Shown here: one piece after another, positions 36,906 through 47,602 of the stretch
Position numbering within the stretch: position 1 is the first letter of the stretch
How the letters are laid out: each line of letters opens with the position of its first letter
Source of the DNA: Thermoproteus sp.
GTDB taxonomy: Archaea > Thermoproteota > Thermoprotei > Thermoproteales > Thermoproteaceae
Direction: 5' to 3'
NCBI GenBank assembly: GCA_049976425.1
Contig: JBMFIG010000003.1
Span: 31,188 to 95,187, forward strand
Length of the DNA stretch: 64,000 bases
Notes under the pieces: model-generated
What the model saw: the letters and a program-made list of their open reading frames with translations, nothing else
Databases searched by the model: none
Told to the model about the DNA's origin: nothing
Position numbers and translations under genes: made by a program

Positions 36906-39586
36906 CAGCCCAACAAATTCCTGAGGGCTTTAAGTATGGCCTCCACGTCGCCTTGGTAGACGCCTTGGGCGAAGGTCTTGGAGCCGCCTCCTCTGAAGCC
37001 GTGCTTCCTCAGCTCCGCGGCTATGGGGCCCACGTCGATCTCCCTGCCGCTGTAGAGCTCCAGCTTGTCGCCTCTCCTCACGACGAGCAACAGGCGCGGG
37101 TTCTTCGAGGTGGCGTTGGCCGCGACGGCCTTCGCCAGATCCTCGTCGTCTAGCTCTAGGTAGGCTAGGTCGGCCTTCGGCAAGCCCTCCACGCGTAGCC
37201 TCTCGGCCAACAGCTCCGCGTACGACGCGGCGAGCTTCTTGTACCTTCTCTCGAGGTCGGCCGCCTTGTCTAGATATTTGGCCAACTGCGCCGGGACGTC
37301 CTCCTTGCCGGAGCCCAGCGCCTTGGCGACCGCCGAGAGGTCCGCCTCCATCTTCTGTATGTAGTCCACGGCGTACCTGCCGGTGGTGAAGATGAAGCGG
37401 ACGACGCCGTCGGCTATGCGCTCCACTCGGACTATCTTTATAGGCCCGATCTCGCCGGTGCTCGACAGATGGGTCCCGCCGCATGCCTGGACGTCGTAGG
37501 GGCTGTCCTCGGGCCCTATCCTCAAGATCCTTATCTCCCTCGCGGGGACGACGCCGCCTTGATATATTATGAAGCCGAACTTGGCCTCGGCCTCGTTCCT
37601 CGGCATAATCAACGCCTTGACGGGCAGGTTGGACATGACGATCTGGTTGGCCAGCCTCTCTATCTCGGCTATCTCCTTCTCCGTCGGTAGCTTGTAGTGG
37701 GTCACGTCGAGGCGGCTGTAGGGTATGTCCTTCTGGGCGCCCGCCTGCCATATATGCTTCCCGAGGACTCTCCTTATGCTCTGTATCAACACGTGGGTCC
37801 CCGTGTGCATCCTCATGAGGGATATGCGGCGGTCCCAGTCTATCTCGCCGTAGACCTCCTCCCCCTCCCTGGGCGCCGGCCCCTCTATTACGTGGACTAT
37901 GACGTTGCCCAGCCTCTGGACGTCGACGACCTTGGCCTCGCCCCCGCTGTGCCTCAAGACGCCTCTATCGGCAGGCTGGCCCCCGCCCTCCGGGTAGAAC
38001 ACAGTGGCGTCGAGCACCACGTACCTCCCGTCTATCACCCTCAAGACCTTGGACCTAGCCGAGCGCCTGTAGGGGTCCTCGTAGAAAAGCTCCCTCGTCC
38101 TGGGCAGATCGGCCACCTTGGCCAGCTCTATGGGCACCTTCGCCGCCTCCCCGCCTCCGGCCTTCCTAGCCTGGTGGCGCGCCGCGAGTCTCGAGTAGAA
38201 GTCGTCGGGGACCTCGGCGTCTGCGCCGAGCTTTCTGGCGGCGTCCCTCGCCACCTCCGGCGGCACGCCGAAGCTGTCGTAGAGCTCCACCAGATCCTCG
38301 GCGCTTAGGGCCCTCCGCCCCGCCCTCTCTAAGGCCTTCCTCACCAGCGACGGGGCGGCCTTCAAGATCTCCTTGTACTTCCTCTCCTCCAGATCTATCA
38401 GCTCCAGAATCACGTCGCGGCTCTCCCAGACCTCGGGGTAGTCCTCCTTGAGGTGCTTCAGATGGAGGTCAAACAGCTCCACGAGAGGGGCCTCTATTCC
38501 GGCCAGCCAAAGCCCGCGGAGCGCTCTGCGTATGAGGAGCCTGGCGAGGTAGCCGGCGCCTGTATTGGAGGGCACGACGCCGTCGGCCACCATCCAGGAG
38601 ACGGTCCTGCTGTGGTCCGCGAGCACGTAGAGCGCCTCCTGGGGCCTCATGACGTCGCGGAACTCCTGCGGAGAGACGCCTATCCTTCTAGCCACCTCGT
38701 CGTAGGCCTTCTCGAGGCCGAGCACCTCGGGATCCATCTGGCCGAAGAAAACCGACGCCTTGCCGAGGAGGTCGGCGGGCGGCTCCGGCACGCCCAGCCT
38801 CTGCCTAGCCGCCGAGAGGAACGGCCCGAAGACTGCGTCGTACACCGTCGGGGATCCCTTCGCCATCCAGTATATACGCTCGAGGCCGTAGCCCGTGTCC
38901 ACGATCTTCAGCGGGAGCTCCACGTACTTCCCGTCCTTCACCTCGTAGTGCATGAACACCAACGTAGCCACCTCGAGGCCTCTCACGAGGACCTCGAAGG
39001 ACTCCCCCGCGTTCCCTCCGCCCTCCCATACCGACTCCTTGAACGTCACCTCGTCCTCCGCTATGCCCAGCTCCTTGGTGAAGAACTCGTAGGCGTATTC
39101 GGTGGTCTCGCCGATCCAGTAGACGTATTTGTCGGGGTAGTTGAAGGCGTGGTGCGCCATCATCTCGAAGCCCGTGAGGTGCCTCCCGCTCCTCCCCACC
39201 TTGTCCACGTCGGTCAGCCTTATGGACGGCTGCGAGATGGTCAGGGGGTTGGCGGGGGGCGGCACCGCGCCGCTGGTGACCCAAGGCTGGAAGTCGTATA
39301 TCGACGCGCCTACTAGGAAGACGTCGTCCCTCCACCGCGCAACCACGGGATACCTCTTTATCCGCGTATGCCCCCGCCTCTCGAAAAACGACAAGAACCG
39401 CTCCCTCAGATCCCTTATGCTGTCGACCGCGACTCTTATGGGAGAGTTGCCTATAAAGCCGTAGGGGACGCAAGGCTGGTCCCCGCAGTATATCTGGTCC
39501 GCCCTCTTCGTCCAGAAATACGACCTACATAGGGGGCACTGCTTCCTGTAGAAACGGCCCACCTCGAAGAGCTTGGTGGAAAGCAC
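36905..39586 (-). CDS. alaS: alanyl-tRNA synthetase
   Basis: [41 protein letters not shown]...CGGTH editing site, GGG C-Ala tail. Confidence 0.97.
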   Translation of the reverse strand: MLSTKLFEVGRFYRKQCPLCRSYFWTKRADQIYCGDQPCVPYGFIGNSPIRVAVDSIRDLRERFLSFFERRGHTRIKRYPVVARWRDDVFLVGASIYDFQPWVTSGAVPPPANPLTISQPSIRLTDVDKVGRSGRHLTGFEMMAHHAFNYPDKYVYWIGETTEYAYEFFTKELGIAEDEVTFKESVWEGGGNAGESFEVLVRGLEVATLVFMHYEVKDGKYVELPLKIVDTGYGLERIYWMAKGSPTVYDAVFGPFLSAARQRLGVPEPPADLLGKASVFFGQMDPEVLGLEKAYDEVARRIGVSPQEFRDVMRPQEALYVLADHSRTVSWMVADGVVPSNTGAGYLARLLIRRALRGLWLAGIEAPLVELFDLHLKHLKEDYPEVWESRDVILELIDLEERKYKEILKAAPSLVRKALERAGRRALSAEDLVELYDSFGVPPEVARDAARKLGADAEVPDDFYSRLAARHQARKAGGGEAAKVPIELAKVADLPRTRELFYEDPYRRSARSKVLRVIDGRYVVLDATVFYPEGGGQPADRGVLRHSGGEAKVVDVQRLGNVIVHVIEGPAPREGEEVYGEIDWDRRISLMRMHTGTHVLIQSIRRVLGKHIWQAGAQKDIPYSRLDVTHYKLPTEKEIAEIERLANQIVMSNLPVKALIMPRNEAEAKFGFIIYQGGVVPAREIRILRIGPEDSPYDVQACGGTHLSSTGEIGPIKIVRVERIADGVVRFIFTTGRYAVDYIQKMEADLSAVAKALGSGKEDVPAQLAKYLDKAADLERRYKKLAASYAELLAERLRVEGLPKADLAYLELDDEDLAKAVAANATSKNPRLLLVVRRGDKLELYSGREIDVGPIAAELRKHGFRGGGSKTFAQGVYQGDVEAILKALRNLLG

Positions 39587-39779
39587 GGAACGGCTGAATT
39601 GAACTTATTAATATTTGGCGTCACTTCAAGCCAGCCGCGCCGAGCGACGCGCGGCCATCATAACCAGCGAACCTGCCTTACGTCGCGGTGGCCGTTGCGG
39701 TGCGGGCATTGCCCCCGGTAGCATAGGTCCGGTGAAGTTGGAAATATAGGGTTTTAAATGATTCTGATACCTCCTCTAT

Positions 39780-40535
39780 GTGGATTCTGATCTGAAAAGG
39801 GAGATCCTAGCGTTGTTGAGGGAGGACGAGGAGTTTAGGTATGCGGTGATGGGGCTTTTAGGAATCGCGGATATTAGGGCGTCTATAGACAGCCTAGTTA
39901 GGGCGATTGGCGAGTTGAAGGATGTCGTGGCTAAACACGGCGAGGAGATCGGCGAGTTGAGGAAGGCCGTGGAGGCCCTAGGCAAGTCTGTCGAGGGGCT
40001 GAGGAGTTCGGTCGATAGCCTGAGGGGTACCGTCGAGATCCTGTCGAGATCCTCCGAGGAGTCGCGGAGGATAGTGGAGGTCTTAAGCGAGGACGTTAGG
40101 AAGCACGGAGAAGCTATACTCCTCATGCAGAACAGCCTCGAGAAGCTGACTTCGTCGGTAACGGCGTTGGGCTACCGCTATGGGCTATTTACCGAGGAGG
40201 CCTTTAGGGAGTCCGTCAAGTATCTGGTGAGCGACTTGCTTAAGGTCTACCAGGTTCGGCGCTGGACTTATTTCGACGGCGAGGGCGTCGTGTTCGGCCA
40301 TCCCTCCGTCATCGATGTAGACGTCCTCGTTAGGGACAACGAGCACGTGCTCGTCGAGTACAAGGCCGCCATAGACCGCGGAGATGTGGCCGAGCTGTAT
40401 AGGGAGGGCCTTCTCTACGAGAGGGTTAACAAGGTGAAGCCTAGGCTACTCATAGTCGGACCGGCGATCAGGAGGAGGGCGCTTGAGCTGGCCGAGGAGC
40501 TGGGCGTCGAGGTCAGGGCGCCCGAGGTCATCTAG
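39780..40535 (+). CDS. coiled-coil protein with C-terminal PD-(D/E)XK nuclease domain (DUF3782-like)
   Basis: LL.EDEEFRYAV.G.LG, heptad repeats, ALG.R.G...EE.FR, DVD...VEYK motifs. Confidence 0.8.
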   Translation: MDSDLKREILALLREDEEFRYAVMGLLGIADIRASIDSLVRAIGELKDVVAKHGEEIGELRKAVEALGKSVEGLRSSVDSLRGTVEILSRSSEESRRIVEVLSEDVRKHGEAILLMQNSLEKLTSSVTALGYRYGLFTEEAFRESVKYLVSDLLKVYQVRRWTYFDGEGVVFGHPSVIDVDVLVRDNEHVLVEYKAAIDRGDVAELYREGLLYERVNKVKPRLLIVGPAIRRRALELAEELGVEVRAPEVI

Positions 40536-40667
40536 CCGTCTGCGTAGAGCCGCCCACCCCCTCCGCCCGGCGCGGCCTCGATATTAGCCGAGGCGCCGAG
40601 ATTCTGGCCGTCGGGAGCGGCGTCGGTTGAGGCGGGCGGCCGCGTCCTGGCCGGGATCGCGAAGCGG

Positions 40668-41654
40668 CTAGGTCAGCTCCGCTGAAGTCCTCTCACCGCT
40701 CGGCTGAACCCCCTTCTCATCATACTGTATCGGGACGCATTGGGTTTTTATGTTGCTGGGGCACTGCCCTATGACGTAGAGGACGTCGGGCGCGGCGAGC
40801 TCCAAGAAGGCCCTCAAGGGCTTGTCCGGGTCCAGCAAGGGGGCCTTAACGACGGCGCCGGCCGCGTATCTGTGGCCGCCTCCGCCCATGGCCGTGGCTA
40901 TCTTGGTGCAGTCGTACCCGCTCCCCCTCTCGGCGCCGCAGTACAGCCTGTATCTGCCCCTGCCCAGCTTCACGAATATGTTGACGTAGACCGCGCCCTT
41001 CTTCTGTAGGGCTATGGCGAGCGATCTATATGATATGGGTAGCTTGACCGGGCTGTACACGGCGAGCGTTTTCCTGGCCGGTATGGCCTGGGCCAAGGCG
41101 TCCACTATTGCCGCCAGCTTCCTCCCCCTCTCGACGAGTGCCGCGATTGCTGGGTCCTCGAGGGCCTTGAGGCCCTTCTCGGCCAGGGCTCTGGCGACTA
41201 GGAGCTTCTCGCCGTATTTGGCGTAGCGGACGGCGAGGTCGAGGTCCCGCACGGCGTCGTCCACGATGTTCGCGGTGTCTGTCTGCCGGGCGGCCTCCGC
41301 TATCTCCTCGGCCACCGGATCTCCGGAGAGGCCGAGAGCCTTCAGCGCCAGCACGGCCGAGGCGGGCGCCTCGGGGTCGTAGAACTCGGCGGCGGCGCAC
41401 GGCTTGTTCGTCACGTGGTGGTCTGCGCGCAGATCGGCCTTGCCGGGGCAGGGCAGGTCGGCGACGAAGTTCCACCGGAGCCACTTGATCCAGCGCCCCT
41501 TCTGGACGTCGGTGGGGTACGCGAGGACGACGACGCCGTCAGGGTGCCTTCTGAGGAACAACGCGGCCGACGCTATGCCGTCCACGTCGTTGGCGTCGCA
41601 GAGCGCCAGCGGCCTTCCGGCGATTTTGGCGTAGAGCGCGTCGAGGAGCCTCAC
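40668..41654 (-). CDS. DHH/DHHA1 family phosphoesterase
   Basis: D.NDVDG, ADL, DHH and GGGGH..AAG motifs. Confidence 0.85.
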   Translation of the reverse strand: MRLLDALYAKIAGRPLALCDANDVDGIASAALFLRRHPDGVVVLAYPTDVQKGRWIKWLRWNFVADLPCPGKADLRADHHVTNKPCAAAEFYDPEAPASAVLALKALGLSGDPVAEEIAEAARQTDTANIVDDAVRDLDLAVRYAKYGEKLLVARALAEKGLKALEDPAIAALVERGRKLAAIVDALAQAIPARKTLAVYSPVKLPISYRSLAIALQKKGAVYVNIFVKLGRGRYRLYCGAERGSGYDCTKIATAMGGGGHRYAAGAVVKAPLLDPDKPLRAFLELAAPDVLYVIGQCPSNIKTQCVPIQYDEKGVQPSGERTSAELT

Positions 41655-41693
41655 GGCAGAGGGGCGAAGTATATTTAAATAGCCTACGCCGAA

Positions 41694-42248
41694 TTGGCGT
41701 TGGAGCTGGGCTTCGTGGGGCGCCGGCGGTGTTTCGAGGAGGCGAGGAGGTACGTCTTCGGGCTAGCCTACGGCCCGCGCGGCGTCACCATAGTCGACTC
41801 CGCCCTCGGCGGCGACGGCGTGGCGTTGGACTGCTCCGGCGATGTCCCCCTCCAGCTCTTCTCGGGCCTCAGCTCTGTCCTCCCCGGCGCGGAGCTCGGC
41901 GTAGATCTCGGCGCGGTTAGGAACGGCTTGGTCATGGTCTGGCGGGGCAACCCCCTGCTACACGCCGTGGTTCCCGCCGACGCCCTCAAAAGGATCCTGT
42001 CCGCCGTCAAGGGCGTGGCCGAGATATCGGTCGGCTTCTCCCCCTACGTCGACCCCTCGGAGCTGTTCGGCGGTCTGAAGACCCTCTGCGGGGCGGCCCC
42101 GCGCGTCAAGCTGGTCGACGAGAGGAGGGCCTCGCGGGGCCGCTACTGGCTGAGGCGGAAGTACCCCGGCCTCGCCGAGGACGAGATAGACGCCTTGAGC
42201 TTCGTCTTGTCGCAGGGTATTGCACTGGATATATGCCGGAAACCTTAA
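41694..42248 (+). CDS. hypothetical protein, possible RNase H-like fold
   Basis: GVDLG...G, VG, LVDE..AS and D..DA pattern; TATTTAAATA promoter about 25 nt upstream. Confidence 0.6.
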   Translation: MALELGFVGRRRCFEEARRYVFGLAYGPRGVTIVDSALGGDGVALDCSGDVPLQLFSGLSSVLPGAELGVDLGAVRNGLVMVWRGNPLLHAVVPADALKRILSAVKGVAEISVGFSPYVDPSELFGGLKTLCGAAPRVKLVDERRASRGRYWLRRKYPGLAEDEIDALSFVLSQGIALDICRKP

Positions 42249-42269
42249 TAACTGCGGGCGGATCCGGAA

Positions 42270-42443
42270 GTGGTGTACGTGGTTAAGTGCATCAGTTGCG
42301 GCTTTGAGCTCTACAGAGGCCCCGAGCCCAAGACCGTGGAGGCCGTCGCGAAGATCTGGGGCGGCTACTGCCCCAAGTGCCTCTCCCCCATAGAGAGAAG
42401 GCCGATAAAGATCGCGGCCAAGCTCCTGGCAAGGCCCCGATAG
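42270..42443 (+). CDS. small CxxC...CPxC zinc-finger protein (57 aa; below cutoff)
   Basis: MVYVVKCISCGFELYRGPEPKTVEAVAKIWGGYCPKCLSPIERRPIKIAAKLLARPR; CTTAATAA about 25 nt upstream. Confidence 0.8.
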   Translation: MVYVVKCISCGFELYRGPEPKTVEAVAKIWGGYCPKCLSPIERRPIKIAAKLLARPR

Positions 42444-42636
42444 AGGTCGCTTCAGCCCGGCGCTTTAAACGGCCAGTTGCCCGCGTCCGCAAACCCGGGC
42501 GGCGTAGGCCTTCTGTCTAGAGATTGCCGAGGCCCGGGCGGGGATACCCTTCTGTTCTCCGGGCGGGGGCACGGGCCGGCCTTTCGGCCCCTCGGGGACG
42601 CCGGAAAAGTATCTTAATAAAGCCCCCGTAATCCCT

Positions 42637-45012
42637 ATGGCTCTCACCGGCAAGAGCTCCTCCGCCCAAGGCGCTCAGACAAGCGCCTCGGCTGGGGGGA
42701 GGGACCTCCTCTGGACGGGGGTAGTGGCCAGCGCGCTCGCCGCCTCGTTCGCGATGGCTCTCTACTTCAGGATGTACAGAGTCTTCTACTGGGGCTGGTG
42801 GATAGACGAGTTCGACCCCTATATAAGGTACTACCTGGCCCTCTACACCTTGCAACACGGCATATCTTGGTGGTTCAAGGGCGCGTACTTCCCGGACTTC
42901 TGGTATCCCTGGGGCGTCGACTGGGCCCGCGTCCTCATACCGGGCGTCTCCCTCTACGGCCTCTCCGTGTACTTCCTCCTGAGGCCCTTCGGCTTCGACC
43001 TATGGCACGCCGTGGTCGTGGCCCCGGCGCTCTACAACGCGCTCGCCGTCTTCACCATGTACTACTTCGTGTCGCGGTTCTCCGACAAGAAAGCCGCCGT
43101 CTTGGCCGCGTTGCTGACCGCCATAGCCCCCACCTATCTGCAGAGAGGCTTCGGCGGGTGGTTCGACGACGAGGCGTTGACGCTCTTCCTGGCCCCGCTC
43201 GGCCTGGGCCTCTTGATAGAGGCCCTCAAGAAGAGGCCGGTCCTATACGGGGTGTTGGGGACGACCGCCATAGGCTTCGTGGCCTGGACTTGGGGAGCCC
43301 AGTTCTATATCTGGAACTTGGTCGGCCTTTCGGCCCTCGTGCTGGTCGCCTACGCGGTTCTGAGAGCCGCGCAGGGGACGTCGCCTGGGTTCTCCACGAG
43401 GAACCTCGCCATATCGTATACTATATTCTACTTCCTCTTCGCCGCGTTCGAGTCGGCGGTGCTGAGGTACGGCCCCCACATGCTCAGATCTATATACAAC
43501 TTCATACCGACCCTCGGGCTCCTGGCTGTCGTGGGCTACTACCTCCTGGAGGCCAGGGTCGGCTTGGCCCGGTCCTACAGATTCCTCAAGAGGTTCGCCT
43601 GGGTTATCGCCGCCGCGGTTGTCCTGGTCGCCGCATCGATACCCGTACTCGCCTACTTCCACGTTATATCGGGCAAGTTCCTGGCGACCATACTGCCCTT
43701 CGGGAGGTCCGCAATAGTGCAGAGCGTGGCGGAGCACACCTACTCCACCTTCCAGCTGGAGCTCGGCTCCTACGGGCCCGTGATACCGTTCATAATAGCC
43801 TCCATACCCTCGCTCGCCAGCCCCTACGCCCTGCCGCTCCTGACCTATCTAGTAACAGGTAGCTACACGGCGGTCACCCAGGTCCGTCTTCTGATACTCG
43901 TAGCCCCGGCGGCCGTCGCCGCCGCGGCCGTCGGCATGGCTCAGTTGCTCAAAATAAGGAGGTTCGGCTGGGCCGTCGCGTTGATGGCGATAGCCTCGCT
44001 GGCTCTGTTCACGGCGCTGGGCTGGGGCACCGCCACGTCTCCCCAACAGATCGTGGTGTCGGCGACGGCCGGCCCCTCGGTCCCCAGCGCCGACTGGCTC
44101 GACGCGCTTATGTGGATGGCCACTAGGCTACCGCCCAACGCGTCGGTGGCCGAGTGGTGGGACTACGGCTACTGGGTCACCATATTGGGCCACCGCCCGA
44201 GCCTCGCCGACAACTCGACTATAAACTCGACGCAGATAGGCACCATAGGCCTTGCCTTCATGTCGCCGGTGGAGACGGGGATAAACATATTCTCGAAGGA
44301 CCTCAAGACGCACTACATAGCGGCCTTCATGCCTTGGAGCGCCCTCTGCGCGTATCCGGGCTATAGCCAGTTCGGGCTGTGGAGCAGCCAGATAGTCCAG
44401 CTGGGCAACGCGACGGGCTGGTTCGCCCTGCCCTTCTGCACCTTGGTCCCCGAGATACCTGCCGGCGGCGACTTCCTCAAGTCGTACTGGATGGCGCAGA
44501 TAGCGAACCAAGTCTACGGGACGGACGTGGCTAAGTTCGGCCTCCCGGCCAGCTACGCCCAGCATCTGGCCAACCCGTTCGGCTACTTCTTCACCGGCAC
44601 GTCCCAGATCGGGCCCTACTTCGTCGTCGGCAACCAGTTCCTCATAGTGCCGCTCAACCTGACCACGTTGCTCTACACCATGCTCTTCAACATGGAGAGG
44701 GTCTACTGGATGTGGACGACCTACAGCCCCTACGGCTACCCGACGTGGATATTCGCCGGGGTGCCGGCCGCCAATATATTGACGGGCAACGAGACCTACG
44801 TGCCGTGGGACGTCTACTACGCATACGCCAAGATACCGCCGCAGAACCAGGTCATATTGGGCTCTCTCTGCACGGTCTCCTCGGCGGGCTTCTGCTACCC
44901 GATCGCAGGCCTCAACGCCACGGGCTTCGCCGCCACCTCGCTCCCGCCCAACTTGAGGCTGGTCTACGTCTCCAAGCCCTACGGCTGGGTCGTGGTGTAC
45001 CAGATAACCTAA
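42637..45012 (+). CDS. aglB: oligosaccharyltransferase (STT3 family)
   Basis: EFDPY, F.YP.G, G.FDDE, SVAEH, WWDYG, DNST.N and DF.K..W motifs; many TM segments. Confidence 0.95.
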   Translation: MALTGKSSSAQGAQTSASAGGRDLLWTGVVASALAASFAMALYFRMYRVFYWGWWIDEFDPYIRYYLALYTLQHGISWWFKGAYFPDFWYPWGVDWARVLIPGVSLYGLSVYFLLRPFGFDLWHAVVVAPALYNALAVFTMYYFVSRFSDKKAAVLAALLTAIAPTYLQRGFGGWFDDEALTLFLAPLGLGLLIEALKKRPVLYGVLGTTAIGFVAWTWGAQFYIWNLVGLSALVLVAYAVLRAAQGTSPGFSTRNLAISYTIFYFLFAAFESAVLRYGPHMLRSIYNFIPTLGLLAVVGYYLLEARVGLARSYRFLKRFAWVIAAAVVLVAASIPVLAYFHVISGKFLATILPFGRSAIVQSVAEHTYSTFQLELGSYGPVIPFIIASIPSLASPYALPLLTYLVTGSYTAVTQVRLLILVAPAAVAAAAVGMAQLLKIRRFGWAVALMAIASLALFTALGWGTATSPQQIVVSATAGPSVPSADWLDALMWMATRLPPNASVAEWWDYGYWVTILGHRPSLADNSTINSTQIGTIGLAFMSPVETGINIFSKDLKTHYIAAFMPWSALCAYPGYSQFGLWSSQIVQLGNATGWFALPFCTLVPEIPAGGDFLKSYWMAQIANQVYGTDVAKFGLPASYAQHLANPFGYFFTGTSQIGPYFVVGNQFLIVPLNLTTLLYTMLFNMERVYWMWTTYSPYGYPTWIFAGVPAANILTGNETYVPWDVYYAYAKIPPQNQVILGSLCTVSSAGFCYPIAGLNATGFAATSLPPNLRLVYVSKPYGWVVVYQIT

Positions 45013-45042
45013 AGTTTTTATAGAGAGGCCTCGGGGCCGGCT

Positions 45043-45840
45043 ATGAGGTTGGCTCGCAAGGATCTCCCCGACGTGGGGGAGCTCGTGATAGGGACCGTGA
45101 AAAAGATCGCGGACCACGGCATCTACGTATTCCTCGACGAGTACGAGGTCGAGGCGTTCGCGCCCACGCAGGAGGTGGTCCAGTCGTGGTTCCACAGCAT
45201 AAGGGAGTACGTCAAGGAGGGGCAGAAGGCCGTGTTCAAGGTCACCTCGGTCAACCCCAAGATGAGGGTCGTGGAGGTGTCGTTGAGGAGGGTGAGGGAG
45301 CAGGAGAAGGAGAAGAAGCTGTTGCAGTGGAGGAGAGAGCTCAGGGCGTACAAGCTGTTGGAGCTGGCGGCCTCGAAGGCCGGGATCCCGCAACAAGACG
45401 TCCTCAAGTTGCTCTGGTCCTTCGAGGACGCCTTCGGCGATCCCCTCAAGGCCTTCGAGGAGGCCGTCAAGACGGGGCCGGAGGTGTTGAAAGCCTTAAA
45501 GCTCCCGCCGCGTCTGGAGGAGGCGGTCCTCGAGATAGCGCGGCAACACGTGGAGCTCCCCGACGTCAAGATCTCGGGCATCTTGAAGGCCGTCAGCATA
45601 GAGGGCGACGGCGTTGATAGAATCCGCGAGGTGCTCAAGGCAGTGGAGGAGGCCGTCAAGAAGAAGTACCCCAACATATCGGTGAAGCTGTACGTCGTGG
45701 GCCCGCCCCGCTACCGCATAGATCTGGTGGGCAAATACCCCAAACAGCTCGAGGCGGCCTTCAACGACGTCTCCCAAGCCCTCCAGGAGGCCGCGAAGAG
45801 GCATAAGGTGGTCGCGTCCATACAGCGCATCGAGCAATGA
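45043..45840 (+). CDS. eif2a: translation initiation factor aIF2 alpha subunit
   Basis: P.VGELVIGTV S1 domain, LDEY, SL.RV, G.PRYRI. Confidence 0.93.
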   Translation: MRLARKDLPDVGELVIGTVKKIADHGIYVFLDEYEVEAFAPTQEVVQSWFHSIREYVKEGQKAVFKVTSVNPKMRVVEVSLRRVREQEKEKKLLQWRRELRAYKLLELAASKAGIPQQDVLKLLWSFEDAFGDPLKAFEEAVKTGPEVLKALKLPPRLEEAVLEIARQHVELPDVKISGILKAVSIEGDGVDRIREVLKAVEEAVKKKYPNISVKLYVVGPPRYRIDLVGKYPKQLEAAFNDVSQALQEAAKRHKVVASIQRIEQ

Positions 45841-46055
45841 GATCTCTATTGCGGCGTTGCTCCAGATGCGGCGCTTATACGCTGAGGAGGGACGTCTGCC
45901 CCAAATGCGGAGGGCCTCTGGAGGTGCCCCACCCGCCCAAATACAGCCCCGAGGACAAGTACCAGGTCTATAGGATAAAGATGAAGGTCATGGCCGGGAG
46001 GATGTCGGTTCGGGAAGAGACGCGCCTCAAGATCTTATCTTCGCGGTATACATAG
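45837..46055 (+). CDS. nop10: H/ACA RNP protein Nop10
   Basis: C..CG.YTL...CP.CG......HPPKYSPEDKY..YR. Confidence 0.93.
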   Translation: MRSLLRRCSRCGAYTLRRDVCPKCGGPLEVPHPPKYSPEDKYQVYRIKMKVMAGRMSVREETRLKILSSRYT

Positions 46056-46069
46056 CATCTGGCCTTTAT

Positions 46070-46195
46070 CTATAACAGACCCAGTATCTCGCCCTCTTCA
46101 CGTCGAGGTCGACGCCCCTCAGCGCCTTGACTTCGAGGCCCAGATCCGGCATCCAATAGATGACTTTCAAAACCCTCGATCTCCAATAGGGCCAC
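46070..46195 (-). pseudogene. 5' fragment of an OppD/DppD-type ABC ATPase
   Basis: With two frameshifts reads MALLEIEG|LKVIYWMPDLGLEVKALRGVDLDVK|EGEILGLL*, stopping just before Walker A. Confidence 0.65.
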
Positions 46196-46245
46196 GTCCC
46201 TCCAGCGAGACTGATATTAATTTGCTTTGCTCTACGAAGGCCGCC

Positions 46246-46928
46246 GGGCTTGTGGCGAAAGTGGCTCGGGCAAGACGACAATGGGCAGAGTCGTGCTGGG
46301 CCTCCAGAAGCCCACGTCGGGCCAGGCCCTATATAGGGGGCGGGATATCTATAAGCTGAGGGGCAGGGACTACGCCGAGTTCCGCCGCGCCGTGCAGTGG
46401 GTCCCGCAGGACCCCTACTCGAGCCTAGACCCCAGTTTAACCGTGAGGGAGGCGTTGGCGGCCCCCCTCAGGCGCTGGGGCTCAGACGACGTCGAGGGCG
46501 CGGCCGAGAGGCTGTTGGATCTCGTGGGGCTTAAGCCGCCCCGCCTATTCCTCGACAAGTACCCGCACCAGCTGTCGGGAGGCCAGAGGCAGAGAGTCGC
46601 CATAGCTAGGGCCCTCGCCACCGGGCCGAAGTTGCTGGTGGCCGACGAGCCGGTCACCATGATAGACGCCTCGCTCAGGATAAGCATACTCGACGTCCTG
46701 GCCGAGCTGAAGAGGAAGCTCGGCATGGCGTTGCTCTTCATAACCCACGACTTGGCCATAGCGAGGTACCTCGCCTATAAGGCCGGAGGCGGGAAGGCAG
46801 TGGTTATGCACGGCGGCGTGATAGTCGAGGAGGGCGATATAGAGTCCGTAGTAAAGAGCCCCAAGTCGGCCTACACGAAGCAGCTGGTCGAGTCGGTGCC
46901 CGATGTTAGGAGGCCGTTAAAGCTCTAG
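46246..46928 (+). pseudogene. 5'-truncated OppF/DppF-type ABC ATPase
   Basis: Begins at (GLV)GESGSGKTT with no N-terminus or credible start; QDPYSSLDP, YPHQLSGGQRQR, ADEP and ITHD motifs; no permease or SBP partners nearby. Confidence 0.75.
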
Positions 46929-47335
46929 GTCCACGTAATATATCCTGGGCCCCTTCCCGAAGCCCTCGAAGAGTATGGCGGCGCCGCTCCAGTCTATAAA
47001 GCCCATGCCGGCGCTTCTGAACTTGACGGGGCTCTCCACGCGGAACTCGCCGCCGTCGTTGTAGGCCACGACGAGCCTCCCCGCCGCTATCCTTATATAC
47101 GGAGCCGTCGGGGCCTCGACGGACTGCCCCTTCCACTTCACGCGGCGTCCGTCCCAGTAGGCCGCCGAGAGGTCGTCGGCCAGTACAGGCGCCGCGCTCC
47201 CGTCGAAGTCCTCCGCCACAGTGGACACGTACTCCGGCCTCATGGACGGCGTCCTCTGGCAGAGATCCGGCGACGGCTTAAACCTAACCCTCTCGAGGTA
47301 CAAGAGCCCCTTCCTCTCCACGTCGTAGGCCAACG
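46917..47335 (-). pseudogene. C-terminal fragment of an unknown protein
   Basis: Coding-like open frame (SLAYDVERKGLLYLE...YYVDLEL*) without its own start, joined out of frame to the truncated SDR. Confidence 0.55.
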
Positions 47336-47602
47336 ATTCCGCGAGGCGTTGTTTATCAAGACGTGGATCACGCCGATCTCCTCCTCGAACCACTTGATGA
47401 AGGCCAGGACCTCGTCCCTCTTGGCCAAGTTAACTCTTCTGAAGATTATGCCGCGGGATTTCAACTCCTCGCCCTTGGCCTCGTCCAGCCCGACCCCCAC
47501 CACCCTGGCCCCCAGCTCCGCGAACAGCTTGGCGGCGGCCTCCCCTATGCCGTGAGTCGCCCCCGTTATCAGCACCGTCTTCCCGTCTAGTCTAACCTCC
47601 AT
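47336..47602 (-). pseudogene. 3'-truncated short-chain dehydrogenase/reductase
   Basis: GKTVLITGATHGIG Rossmann motif through VLINNAS, then similarity ends; catalytic YxxxK is absent. Confidence 0.8.

Noticed and set aside
42444-42600. RNase P RNA (ACAGAAGG on the - strand)
   Set aside because: Lacks the GAGGAAA 5' conserved region and P4 pairing, and is too short.
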